The position numbers and the translations under genes are program-made. A stretch of DNA of 64,000 bases. Origin: Carcharhinus amblyrhynchos. Taxonomy: Eukaryota. Shown here piece by piece: positions 24,006-36,319 of the stretch; within the stretch, counting starts at the first letter, position 1, and every line of letters begins with the position of its first letter. The stretch covers positions 42,284,001-42,348,000 of the forward strand of contig OZ336885.1 in assembly GCA_965287045.1 (NCBI GenBank), written 5' to 3'. Below the pieces are notes generated by a model. That model ran no database searches, was not told the origin of the DNA, and worked only from the letters and a program-made list of their open reading frames with translations.

Positions 24006-24991
24006 CATTAACATAACCATTCTTTCTTATCTTTAACAATCTCTGAATCACAAGAACAAGGGCAAAAAGAAGGACAATTAATGAAACACAAAGAGTAGAA
24101 CATGCATTTCAGTAATTCAATGGACACCATTAAATCCTGGTTTGAATCAGTACATAGAGCAACAAGTCAACAATTTTTTATGGAAAAGTAGAATATTGTG
24201 GATGATGGAAATCTGAAATAAAAGCAGTAAAGTTCTCTTCAGACACAGATCTTAAATAAATCTTTGAAAAGCAGCAGACATAGAGAAAATAACAAGCAAT
24301 TGGAAGCCTTAGAAGGCAAAGCACGGTCAAAGAAGAGAGCTTTTAGAAAACTTTGAAAAAAACAAGGCAGTTCCGATACAATCAAGCTGTTCTTGTATTA
24401 TGTCTGATTTTCAAAAACTGTACCAGTCAGATTAAAATGTTACCTTTGCTCAATTGTGCCATCAGTTAATGAAACTTGAGCAACTATAGAACCAAAGAGC
24501 TTTACACCACAGGTGGAGGCTTTCAGCCAATCTCAGCTCTTTGTTAGAACAATTCAAAATCAGCCTCCCCCAGCTCTGCTTTTTCTCCCATCTTCTGATT
24601 CATAGCTTTTTAATACATCCCACATGTGTGGCACAGACTGCTGCCCAGAGATTTTAAGTGATCACCATGTATGCTACTTCTGCTGTTGTCACTGACTGTT
24701 CTCCTCAATTGTCACATCACCATATGTGTTTTCAAGAAAACTTTGATTCCACTCAGTTCTAATCTTCCTTCTTGAAACATGTTCATTGCTGAAGATAGTA
24801 CTGAAGGTAGATTGAAAGAACTCCTTTGGGCATTAAAAAAAAATTGATTAAAATGATACAGTAAGGAATAATGTTTGCACGAAGAAAAGCCATTGCCATT
24901 TGGGCATCATGAACATCAACTCAACATTGGTGGTGGAATCAGGATTACAAATAACACCATTGAATAGCTTAGTTTGTTAAATGAAGGGCTT

Positions 24992-25270
24992 ATCATAGAA
25001 TCCCTATAGTGCAGAAAGAAGCCATTCGACCCATCAAGCCTGACTGACAACAATCTCACCCTGGACCCATTCCTGCAACCCCTCATATGTACCCTGATAA
25101 TCCTCCTAACATTAATGGTCAATTTAACATGGCCAATCAACCTAACCCACACACTTTTGGACTGTGGGAGGAAACCGGAGCACCCAGAGGAAACCCATGC
25201 AGACACCAGGAGAACGTGCAAACTCCTCACTGGCACTCAATTGAACACACGTTCCTGGTACTGTGAGGCC
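24992..25270 (-). mobile_element. HE1 SINE (HER1 tail)
   Basis: atcatagaatccctatagtgcag tail and ggactgtgggaggaaaccggagcaccc body. Confidence 0.9.
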
Positions 25271-25464
25271 ATACCATTGTAATTTTAAAAATTTAAAGCT
25301 GCCTGTTAGAACAGAACTGATACATTGTTTTCCATGTATGGTACATGATAAAACTGCATCTTGCAGTCACATTTAAAATGTTGATTTTTGTAATGTTTCT
25401 TTACCACAATTAATCAAAAGAGAATAGACATCTTCCATAACTAAAAGGTAAATTAGTTGGGAAA

Positions 25465-25770
25465 TTTCCACACATCTCTGGTTAGGCCATAGTTAAAATG
25501 CAGAGCCCATTTCTTCTTGCCACATTTGAGATAAGATGTAAATATCCTTGAGAGAGTGCAGAGGAGATTCACCAAAAATGTTCCAGGGATGGGGGACTTT
25601 AGCTGGAAGGCTAGGTTGGAGAAGCTGGAATTGTTCTCCTTGGAGAAAACAAGATTGAGAGGAGATTTGATAAAGGTGTGTAAGATTTTGACAGGTTTGG
25701 ATAAGATAGGCAAGGAAACTTTATGCTCATTAGCTAATGGTAGAAGGACAAGGGAACATAGCTTTAAGAG
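25465..25770 (+). mobile_element. Old CR1 RT C-terminal fragment
   Basis: QRRFTKNVPGMGDFSWKARLEKLELFSLEKTRLRGDLIKV. Confidence 0.85.
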
Positions 25771-26094
25771 ACTTTTTGATGGCAAGGTTTCCTGCCCCAC
25801 TACCAGAAAAGTTTGCAGAGATTGCATCCAGGGAGCATTAACTCACTGAAGGTGAGACCTCTATCCCCAGTCAGGCAAAAGCCTCACCTCAAAGAGCTGC
25901 TAGCCAATCTGATTGGCCAGCAGATCTGATGGGAAGTGACATGTTGATATAAAGACAAAAGGGTCTGTGTAAACATATATGTTCATTTATTTAGGGGAGC
26001 CACTTGAGAACATTTATTGATCAGTAGGAAGCTTGATGACATCAGCATCAGAGCTGTGACTGAGTGTGCTCTGCTGAAAGGCAAAAGTGAACCT

Positions 26095-26660
26095 AAGAAC
26101 ATAAGAACATAAGAAATAGGAGCAGGAGTAAGTCATCTAGCCCCTCGAGCCTGCCCCGCCATTCAATAAGATCATGGCTGATCTGTCGTGGCTCAGTTCC
26201 ACATTCCTGCCCTCTCCCCATAGCCCTTAATCTCCTTGCCTATCAAAAACCTATCAACCCGCGTCTTAAAAATATTGAGCGAGGCAGCCTCCACCACTTC
26301 AACGGGCAGAGAATTCCAGAGATTCACCACCCTTTGAGTGAAGAAGTTCCTCCTCAACTCCGTTCTAAACCGCCCCCCTTTATCCTGAGGCTGTGCCCTC
26401 TAGTCCTACTGTCCTTTCTGAGCGGGAAGAGCCTCTCCACCTCTATCCTATCCATCTCATTCAACATCTTATACGTCTCAATGAGATCTCCCCTCATTCT
26501 TCCAAACTCTAACGAGTACAAGCCTAGTTTATTCAGCCTCTCCTCATAGTTCAACCCCGTCAACTCCGGAATCAGCCTAGTAAACCTCCTCTGCACTCCC
26601 TCCAAGGCCAAAATATCCTTGCGTAAGTGCGGCGACCAAAACTGCACATGATACTCCAGC
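26095..26660 (-). mobile_element. Young CR1/HER1 3' fragment (same subfamily as 35135-36296)
   Basis: QLEYHVQFWSPHLRKDILALEGVQRRFTRL and a (TTCTTATG)n tail. Near-identical to the copy at 35.1 kb. Confidence 0.95.
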
Positions 26661-26842
26661 TGAGACTGAGACTGGATCACATCTGAAACTGAAACTGGAT
26701 CGCATCTGTAACTGAGACTAATCACATCTGAAACTAAGACTGGATCATATCTAAAAATGAGACTGGATCACATCTGAAACTAAGACTGGATCATATCTGA
26801 AACTGAGACATGATCACATCTGAAACTAAGACTGGACTGCAT
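26661..26842. repeat. 23-bp minisatellite, about 7.5 copies
   Basis: Unit ACTGAGACTGGATCACATCTGAA with variants. Confidence 0.9.
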
Positions 26843-27299
26843 GATATATTTCCCTTTCAGTGTTGCCATTCTGCTAACCCTTGGAGGCATTTTACAACAG
26901 GGGGAAAGGGGTGGTGGTGGCAAGGGGGCTAGCGGTTGTGATTTGAAGAGTAGACAGAGGTGCCCAGATCTGAGGAAGGGTGCCCAATTTTGGAAGAGGC
27001 CACTTCCCTCATCTCCCACCTTGATTTGAGTAGGACAACCTGTTAGACTTCCCATTGACCCTTAAGTGGCCATTAATTGGCATAAATTGGGGATGAGTCA
27101 GGGCAGATGGAAGCGCAATGGACAGGTCACCAAGGGAATTCTATGAGTTATCCACCTGTCAGCAACGGCTCATAGGATTCTGCCTAAGGCCTTGGGCAAG
27201 AGATGCAAGGGGGAATAAGAAGAATAACTTTCCTTGCAAAGAGTAGGACACTTAAGAGTCAATAACATTATTGAGGAATCACATGTAGGCAGGTCATAA

Positions 27300-27748
27300 T
27301 CCAGGTAAGAATGGTAGATTTCCAGATGGGTTTTTAGGACATTTGTCATTAATTCCAGATTTTTATTGAATAAAAATTGCATCATTAGCTATGATGGGAT
27401 TTGAGCCCGGATCCACAGAGCATTTTCCTGCATCCCTGGACTACTAGTTTACTGACCTTGCCACGACACCAATGTCTCCAGAGCAGTAAAATGCTCTGTG
27501 GTCCCGGTTCAAATCCTACCATGGTTAATGATGTAATTTATATTCATTACAAATTAATGGCCATTGTTGTAAAAACCCATCTGGTTCATTGATGTCCTTT
27601 AGGGAAGCTATCCTTTCGTGGTTTCTGACTTGCCTGCATGTGATTCCATAGTAATATGGTTGACTCTTAAATGGCTTAGCAAGCCATTCAGTTCAAGAGT
27701 TATTAAGGATGGGAAACAAATGCTGGTCCAGTCAGTGATGCCCACAAG
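27300..27748. mobile_element. Two head-to-head copies of the second SINE family
   Basis: Minus copy at about 27300-27480. Plus copy at about 27490-27748 with ggttcaaatcc and aaaacccatctggttcattgatgtcctttagggaag. Confidence 0.65.
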
Positions 27749-28534
27749 AATTATCCCCAATATGTAGTTCTGGCAATTATAGTCATCTGGAAAAGACAGC
27801 ATTGTGCTTTATGTCTTTAATGTTTAAGGATATTGAAACTGGTCTAATTCCACATGTACATGGTGGGCTTTGCTGAGCTTTCTGAATCGCATTGATTTCT
27901 TTGGTCTGTTGTGAATCATGACTGAATCAACCCTTCAGAAAGCTTTGCTTCAGTCTTGGTAAAGCATCAGTCAGCAAAGCAAATCCGATCTCCATTTCTA
28001 AATTCATAAAACAGAAATCAAGATTGTCATAATGTTGGGGCAGACTGCACCTTAGCTACAATTTCGAGATGACTCAATATTCACAAGTGCAATAGTCACA
28101 ACAACCCGGAAGCGGTGCAAATAAGAATCACGTCACTCCCTATCATCAGAAAATAGGAACAATTGGAGAAACTTAGACCACTAGGTCCTGAAGGCACCTG
28201 AGTGGCAAGAATTCTCATAGAATTCTACATTGAAACAATTACTTTAAAATTTGGTTATTCCACTGCAAAACATTTTGAGATATCATGAAGTCATGTACAT
28301 TTTCCTTGTAATTCATCAAGTTTTTCTTTTTATACAGCAATAAGCAGAATACTATGTCAAGGTAAATCTTGACAGTAGGATAAGGAACAATTGGTAAAAG
28401 TCAAATATAGAATTTAGGTCAGGATATTCTTCTGCACCCAAAGAATGATCAGTATTCAGAATGTTCCTCTGTTAAGAAGCAGTTGGATGATATGATTGGC
28501 TGTAGTTTATTTTCAAGGCCAAGCTGACATTTAC

Positions 28535-28610
28535 CTATACTGTTTGTATTTATCTAGCAAATTTAGTGTATTGCTTGCTTCCCCCATCCAAAGTCTTGAG
28601 ACAACTACAT
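28535..28610 (-). CDS. Internal exon of unknown gene (76 nt, phase 1 to 2)
   Basis: gtctttttaag|...|gtaaat. Reads (D)VVVSRLWMGEASNTLNLLDKYKQY(S). Confidence 0.55.
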
Positions 28611-30092
28611 CTTAAAAAGACTGCATTATAAAGATAATGTGATGGGGACAACCATAACAAGCTGAGAGTGGGACTTCCATCCCTGAGGGACACCACACCC
28701 CACACCCTCGCTGTGAGCCATCAATCAGATTGGCCAGCAGCTGAGTAGGCCCAATGCCGGAACTCAAGATTGTCATAATGTTGGGGCAGTAGTAACGACT
28801 GCTAGGATTACAACAATCCAAAGAAGAAGGAGCATAGATTCCACACTGAAAGACAAGTTGGGGATTTTGATCAAGGAGGGATCAGCAATGCAGGCAGAAC
28901 GGAGGGAGGGGGTTGCAGGGGGAGGGTAGTATGGGTTGGGATTTGGATTCTGTAGGCCAGTAGAGGAAACACAAGAAAGCGGACCATCTGGGGGGTGGGG
29001 TGTGGGGGGGCTTAACCCAACTGCCACAACAAATCTCTCAGATGAGATAAATCCCTCTTCTTTCCCACCTTTTAGACCGAATTGGTGAAAAAGCAAGCTG
29101 TCCTCCTTCATTCTACCTTCCTCAGCCAAACATATTGATAGGCAGAAGCAGGTCTTTAACTGGCCATTAATTGGGCAATGAAGCATCTCAATAAGTGGAA
29201 GGGCAGGCAGGTTAGCATTACCCACACACCATATTATAGAGGACAGCTCACGACTGGCTGGGAAAATGGTGGGTTAGCCATCCATCCTGTTTAACATGAT
29301 CCTTCCCCCACCCTCGCCCCACAACTCTCAAACACAGGGTGTAGTAAAACTTTCCTTTCTATGCAAACATTGCCTTTCACAAGGTTGGTTGTTTTTCATT
29401 GCGCTGGTTTTACCTCCAACATGAAAACTAAGCCAGTCAATGCCAATCCTCAAACAACATTGACAATGAGTTTGTCAATCTTTGAGATTTCAAAGTGATA
29501 TTAGGAACAAAAGATACACCCACTCAATGAAAAAGGTGACATTTAGAAAAATGCACAAAAGTGTTTGGAAAAAAAATCCGGATGGAGACATGAGTCAGTG
29601 GCTGATTCGATAATGCCTGAAGTTCACTCAAAATCAAAATTCTTCTCATGGAGTCCAAACCATGCTATGGCCTTGAAGTGCGCAGAGTTACAGAGTTACA
29701 ATATGTATTCAATTGCCATTCAGTTATGTTTTTCTTTCGCAAGTTACTTTGGTGAAATTGCGAGAGTCTGTTGCCGAATCTCACTTGAGTTTGGAGCCAT
29801 TATCTGGATAAACAGGAACGAGTGACTCAATACCACAACAATCTTCATTACACAACTAAATAATTATTAATGATCAAAATAAAATGAATGAAAGATAACT
29901 TCATTATAAAGTCAGGAAGAGGAAAAATTACTTTGTAAAAAGAGGAAGAAAAGACAACTTTTACATACATACTATATTACAAACATTAACTCCCACCCCT
30001 CCAAATTAGTCTGTTCATTACAGCTCCCCAAAATGCAAAATTCCCCTTTCCTCATACATCACCAAGTCTCTGAGTAACCGTAGTTAGTTTTG

Positions 30093-30393
30093 TTTATTTA
30101 TTTATTAGTGTCACAAGTCGGCTTACATTATCACTACAATGAAGTTACTGTGAAAATCCCCTAGTAGCCACACTCCGGCACCTGACCAGGTACGCTGAGG
30201 GAGAATTTAGCATGGCCAATGCACAGGACCAGCACGTCTTTCAGACTGTGGGAGGAAACCAGAGCACCTGGAGGAAACCCACACAGACATGGGGAGAATG
30301 TGTAGACTCCGCACAGATAGTGACGAAGCCAGAAATTGAACTCAGGTCCTTGGCGCTGTGAGGCAGCAGTGCTAACCAGTGTGCCACCGTGCC
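30093..30393 (-). mobile_element. HE1-type SINE (alternative tail), full length
   Basis: Head, body and (AATA)n-like tail are all visible. Confidence 0.92.
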
Positions 30394-32198
30394 AACTACG
30401 CACAGGTGGGCACTCTAGTCGGTCACTCTGGTGACAACCTTTCTTTCCATAGTGATTTATTAATTGATTCCAGCTGCAGCCCTGAATGTTGGATGCTGTG
30501 CTCCTTTAAGTCCAGTTTCTGGCTCCATTCTAGCCTTTCAGACTTCTTCAAAACAAAGGTCTGGTAAACATGAGTCCTTTCTCAATTTCTCCTCACTGGA
30601 ATGTCAAGGCTTTGCAGATCTCGCAACATTTACATTGTTTGCACATCTACTAACGTGTCTTCCATTTGCCATCTATGGCTTGTGTCTCTGTCAATCAAAC
30701 TCCACCTCCTGATTCTGCACCATAGTTGACAACCCCGAGTGCAAGGTTATTCATTGTCCTGGCTTGCAGTTTTCAAGGGTTATCAAATGCAGTAAGAAAA
30801 ATTATTTCTGCTAAACAATACAAATTTATTTTAGTCAATCTAGCTTGAAAAGGGAAAACCGTGGTATCGCTGAAGTACCAGCTGTGAATGGCCAGTATAA
30901 AAAACAACATCTGAGGGGGAGAACATTACAGTTAATGACATCACCATGGAATACTATTGATTATTTGATATAATCAAAGCACAGTAATGCTTACCACTCT
31001 GATTTAAAACTGATTTTAAATATTCAGTAGACGCTTACAATCAAGAGCAAACCAGAAGTAAAATGCCAAAATACAATATTGCAAAGATTATTGGCTTCAG
31101 GTCTCAGGCCTACACTTTTATTTAACATTATTTGTTAATGAGAAAAACTGATAGCAATCATGAGAATCAGAAGAGTGAACTTGGATATTCATAGAGTCAC
31201 ATTGACCACAGGGCCATTTAAAAATGGAGGTTGTATTTGGCTGAGCGTCCAAACTCTCAAAGGTTTTATATGAGTGGAACCTTATTACTAGACTTTGCAG
31301 CTAGAGAAAACTGTTGACTTTGCTTGATTGACATCTTTATGTGGTTATACTAAATTAGATTTTACAACAACCTCTTTTGTCAATGTCTCAATATTCATTT
31401 GCACAAGATTAAGAGAGGTGAAGTGCTTAAAACATTTGAGATTATTACATCCTTAATGCTCTGTTTGATTGTCACTTTTGTTGGGTTATAGAAACATCAG
31501 TTTTTTTCAAAGAATTATTAATGGGTGTTTTCTTAAGCAGTTTCATATATACCGTTCTCACCGTAGGCTTGGTACATACTGTATACAGAGCGAATGGACA
31601 TGGAAGAGCCATGAGTTGGCATGCAGGTTATGAAGAACCAGGATGGGGAAGAGGGTGGGGGTAGGTGAATGAGTTAGCATTGAGTTTGCATGGGAGCCAT
31701 AATGGGCTATGAGGAATGTATGGTGGGGTTGGGTTTGGAGGTGGGAGAAGTTGATAGTACACAAAGAATAATGGTTACGTGCTCTAAAATATAACCACTA
31801 AGTCGCACAGATAGAGCTTGGCCATTTAACCAGCCCACGTTGGCACTGAGATGCTCTTGTGGCTGCCTTCGATCTGCTCCGGGGTGGTAGGCCTGACTTT
31901 ATCCTGCACCCACATTTTAACTGAGACATGTGTGGTAAGCTGGGAAATATCCGAAATCAAGCTATCCATCATGGTAGCAAAACACAAGCTACAGAGATGC
32001 TTGGAACTGCCTGGAATACAGACATGAGGGTATATCTCAGCACTGTCCTAGCAGGAGAAAGCAACTAGAGCTTAGTAAATTTCCATACTCATTTCCATTT
32101 TAAGTAATGATATAGAAACTCATCATGAAGGAAAAGGCCTAAATATAAAATGGAAAGAAGTGTAAATGTAAAGTTTTAATTATAAAAAACACATAATG

Positions 32199-32815
32199 GG
32201 CAGAATTTTCTATTCTCTGAGCAGAGTGCCAACTGTGGCGAGAAGACTGGTGTTCAGCTTGCACTTTACAGCTGACTTTTCTTTGCAGATAATTTAGCCC
32301 TCCAAGCAGAAAAACAATGTGGTCCACACCATCAGGCTGGTGTGACAAAGCTGGAAAAATACTGCAGTTGGGAATCCCAAGATGGGTGCCCTTTTTAAAG
32401 GGAGTCCAGATCTCTGTTGGAAAATACACATAGTTCCCACATGCACAAGGGGGAACCTCCCCCACCGCAGACACAGGGAACCCTACATGCACATGGGGAA
32501 ACCCTCCCACTGGATAAGGGGAAGCCCCCACCCTCCCACCAGTGGAGCTCCCCAGAGAAGCTCCCCAACCCTATGGCACCTTGGCATTGACCCAGCACTG
32601 CCCACTGGCACAACCTTGGCACTGGTAAGTCCAAATTTGGGAGGGCATGAAACAGCAGAGAAGTTTGCAACTTATGTTTAAATTTATTGAAATGAGATTC
32701 CCAACCTTCCTGGGTGAGAGTCTTGTTATGTCACTGACAAGGGGCAAGGGTAATCTGAAAATAAGATCTCACTGGCGAGATTCTTGTTTTCCGAGTCTTG
32801 CAATATTTTGCGCCT
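32199..32815. mobile_element. GC-rich Harbinger-like MITE
   Basis: Starts GGGCAGAATTTT and ends ..AATATTTTGCGCCT, with the internal tggcactg motifs typical of the other copies. Confidence 0.45.
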
Positions 32816-32821
32816 ATGACC

Positions 32822-32970
32822 ATCATGAGCTTTGGGAGCACTGCTTCTTCCTCAGGTGAGTGAGTAGTGCTCCGAAAGCTCATGATACCAAATAAACCTG
32901 TTGAACTTTAACCTGATGTTGAGAGACTTCTTACTGTGCCCACCCCAGTCCAATGCTGGCATCTCCACTT
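32822..32970. mobile_element. Inverted pair of Penelope pLTR ends with degenerate hammerheads
   Basis: Minus: tcacCTGAGGAaGAAGCagtGCTCCCAAAGCTCatga. Plus: gtgCTCCGAAAGCTCatgataccaaataaacctgttgaactttaacc..., then the tail. Confidence 0.8.
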
Positions 32971-33009
32971 CTTGCTTATTTTAAACTTTGGGACGTTTTA
33001 CAGCAGAAT

Positions 33010-33950
33010 CTCCAGTCTCTGATCTGCTCTTGTAGCCACAGTATTTATATGATTGATTCAGTTAAGTTCCTGGCCTATGGTAACCCCTCAGAATGTTGGA
33101 AGCTGCAGGGATTCAATGACCATAATGACCTTTGAATGACAGGGGGAAATGGTGAGGTTCATTTGTTGGAGATGGACATTGTCTGGGACTTGTGTAGCAT
33201 GAATATTACTTGCCATTTATCAGCACATGCCTGAATCTTAACTATGTCAGTCTATATCTGAACAGAGATTATTTTCATTATCTGAGGAATCATGAATGGC
33301 ACTGAACAACATGTAATATTTACCGAGCATCCTTACTTCTGATGTTATGATAGACAGAAGGTCAATAACAAAGCAGCTGAAGGTGGTTGGACCACTCTCA
33401 CCTCACCTCAAGAATTCAGATCACCTGAAGAAGGAGCAGTGCTCCCAAAGCTCATGATGGTCGTGGGCACAAAATTTTGCAAGACTCGGAAAACAAGAAT
33501 CTCGCCAGCGAGATCTTATTTTCTGATTACCCTTTCCCCTTGTCGGTGGCGTAACAAGTTATTGCTGTATAAGGGCCACTTCATAGATGTGTCGAAGACA
33601 CCTTTCAACACTTTGCTGATGATTAAGAGTAGGCAGATGGGAGGTAATAAGTCTGTTTGAACTTGTTCTGATTTTTGTGCTCAGCATTGTACTTGGACAA
33701 TGTTTTATATTGTTTGGTAGATGCCAGTGCTGAAGTTGTACTGAAATAGCTTGATGAGGGTACAGCTACTCCTGGGGCCCAGTCTTCAGTGCTACGACCA
33801 GAATGTTATAGGGTCCAAAGCCTCTGGCATATCCAATGCCTTTATCGTTTGCTAATATTACATTGTGTGAACTGAATGCACTGAAGACGAGAATCTGTTG
33901 AGGTGGGTCTTCAGGAGGAGACTGAGATTGTTCAACCACTCATCCCTTGT
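33010..33950 (-). mobile_element. Old LINE RT fragment interrupted by a 138-bp inverted duplication
   Basis: Minus strand near 33600-33700 resembles the YRPISLLSIISKV RT motif. Confidence 0.55.
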
Positions 33951-34049
33951 GATTGAATTTGATTATGTATGTGGTGTCTCTTTAAGACAGTAGAAGTGAG
34001 TCATCTGACTTGAGGGACCAATGAGAACTGAGATTGGAAGCTATCGCAG

Positions 34050-34845
34050 ATATATTCTATGAACTCCTCCACAAGGCTGCCTTGACCAATCTGGTTTGAA
34101 CAATTGACATGTAACTTAAAATCCCCCAAGATTTTTACATGCATCAGTTATTTCTTTGTTTGTTTCTCACCCCACTATTATGTCATTATTTGGTGGCCTA
34201 TAGATTATGCTTATCAGTGACTTTTTGTCTTTACTATTTCTAATTTTCACCCAAATAGATTTAATCCTATTTTCCCTAGAACCTATATCATCTCTCACTA
34301 CCACCCTGATGTCATCCTTAAATATCAGAGCTACGCCACCTCCCTTGCCTTCCTGTCAGTCCCTCCAAGCAGTCTGATACCCCCGAATATTTAACTCCCA
34401 ATCATGACCATCCTGCAATTGTGTCTCAGTAATGGCCACTAAATCATACTCATTTGCAATGATTTGTGCTGTCAACTCAGCACAAATTTACCTCATTTTG
34501 AATGCTATGAACATTCAGATAAAGTGCCCTTATGCTAGTTTTTGTACCTTCATTTTGAACTCTAACTCTTCCATTAATAACATCTTCTGAGTTCTCCTTC
34601 CTTTTAACATTTTTCCCGATTTTTGATGTAATTGGAACCTTCTCCCCACATTTTGTCCTTGTTCCCTCCTTCTCAGGCTCCTTACATAGGCTCCCATCTC
34701 CCTGGCATATTAGTTTAAACGCTCCCCAATCACTCTAGCAAACACTCCCCAAGAACATCAGTCCCAGTCCTGCCAGGTGTAACCCGTCCAATTTGTACAG
34801 GTCCCACCTTCCCCAGAAATGGTCCCAATGCCCCAGGAATCTATA
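34050..34845 (-). mobile_element. Old CR1 fragment (ORF1 end and endonuclease region)
   Basis: Minus-strand GKGGGVAL and LGDF endonuclease motifs. Homologous to 44925-45270. Confidence 0.75.
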
Positions 34846-35134
34846 GGCCACCAAATGATGACATTGGGCCTCACCTCCTGATTCTCATTACACCCCACCC
34901 CATGAGGCCTGGAGCAATACCCATACTATACCCCATGCCACAGACAGCAGATTAACATAGCCTTTAAGTACTTTTAACCAACACACAGCAGACTTCACAA
35001 TCAAGCACAACAACCATGACCTCGGCACCATCCCCCCACCCTCCCCTCCTCCCCCAACCCTCCAGCCTGGACAGCCCCAAGCACCACCGCCCCCCCAACC
35101 AATCCTGCTCTCTCCAGATATGACCAATGGGCTC

Positions 35135-36296
35135 ATAAGAACATAAGAACATAAGAAATAGGAGCAGGAGTAGGCCATCCAGCCCTTCGAGCCTGCCCCG
35201 CCATTCAATAAGATCATGGCTGATCTGTCGCTGCTCAGTTCCACTTTCCCGCCCTCTCCCCATAACCCTTAATCCCCTCTCCTATCAAAAACCCATCAAC
35301 CCGCGTCTTAAAAATATTTAGCGAGGCAGCCTCCACCACTTCAACAGGCAGAGAATTCCAGAGATTCACCACCCTTTGAGTGAAGAAGTTCTTCCTCAAC
35401 TCCGTTCTAAACCGCCCCCTCTTTATCTTGAGGCTATGCCCCCTAGTGCTACTGTCCTTTCTGAGCGGGAAGAGTCTCTCCACCTCTATCCTATCCATCC
35501 CATTCATCATCTTATACGTCTCAATGAGATCTCCCCTCATTCTTCCAAACTCTAACAAGTACAAGCCTAGTTTATTCAGCCTCTCCTCATAGCTCAACCC
35601 CCTCAACTCTGGCATCAGCCTAGTAAACCTCCTCTGCACTCCCTCCAAGGCCAAAATATCCTTGCGTAAGTATGGCGCCCAAAACTGCACACAGTACTCC
35701 AGCTGCAGCCTCACCAATGTCCTATACAGCCGCAGCAAGACCTCCCTACTTTTATATTCAATTCCCCTCGCTATGAAGGCCAGCATCCCATTCGCCTTCC
35801 TGACCACCTGCTGCACCTGCAAGCTGGGTTTTTGCGACTCATGCACAAGGACACCAAGGTCCCTCTGCACCGTCGCCTGCTGCAGTTTTTCTCCACGTAA
35901 GTAATAATCTTTCCTACCATTATTCCTACCAAAGTGGACCACCTCGCACTTGCCAACATTAAACTCCATTTGCCAGTTCCTGGCCCATTCGCCCAGCCTA
36001 TCTAGATCCTTCTGCAGACTCTCCACACCCTCCGCGCAATTTGCTGTTCCACCAATCTTGGTGTCATCAGCAAATTTCGACACCATACACTCGGTTCCCT
36101 CCTCCAGGTCATCTATATAAATGGTAAATAGCTGAGGCCCCAGAACCGACCCCTGAGGCACTCCACTAGTCACCATCCGCCAATCCGAATAGCACCCATT
36201 GACCCCCACTCTCTGCCTCCTATTTGACAACCAGTCCTCTATCCACGCTAACACCCTACCCCCAACTCCATGTCCCCTGACCTTTATGACAAGGCA
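35135..36296 (-). mobile_element. Young CR1/HER1 LINE 3' 1.16 kb with an open RT frame
   Basis: GVPQGSVLGP and KFADDTK through to IKGYGERAGKWN*, then a (TTCTTATG)n tail. Confidence 0.96.
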
Positions 36297-36319
36297 GTCA
36301 TAAAGTGGGTATAAAGATA

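Noticed and set aside
26661-26842. CRISPR-like array
   Set aside because: Units are head-to-tail with no unique spacers, there are no cas genes, and the context is eukaryotic.
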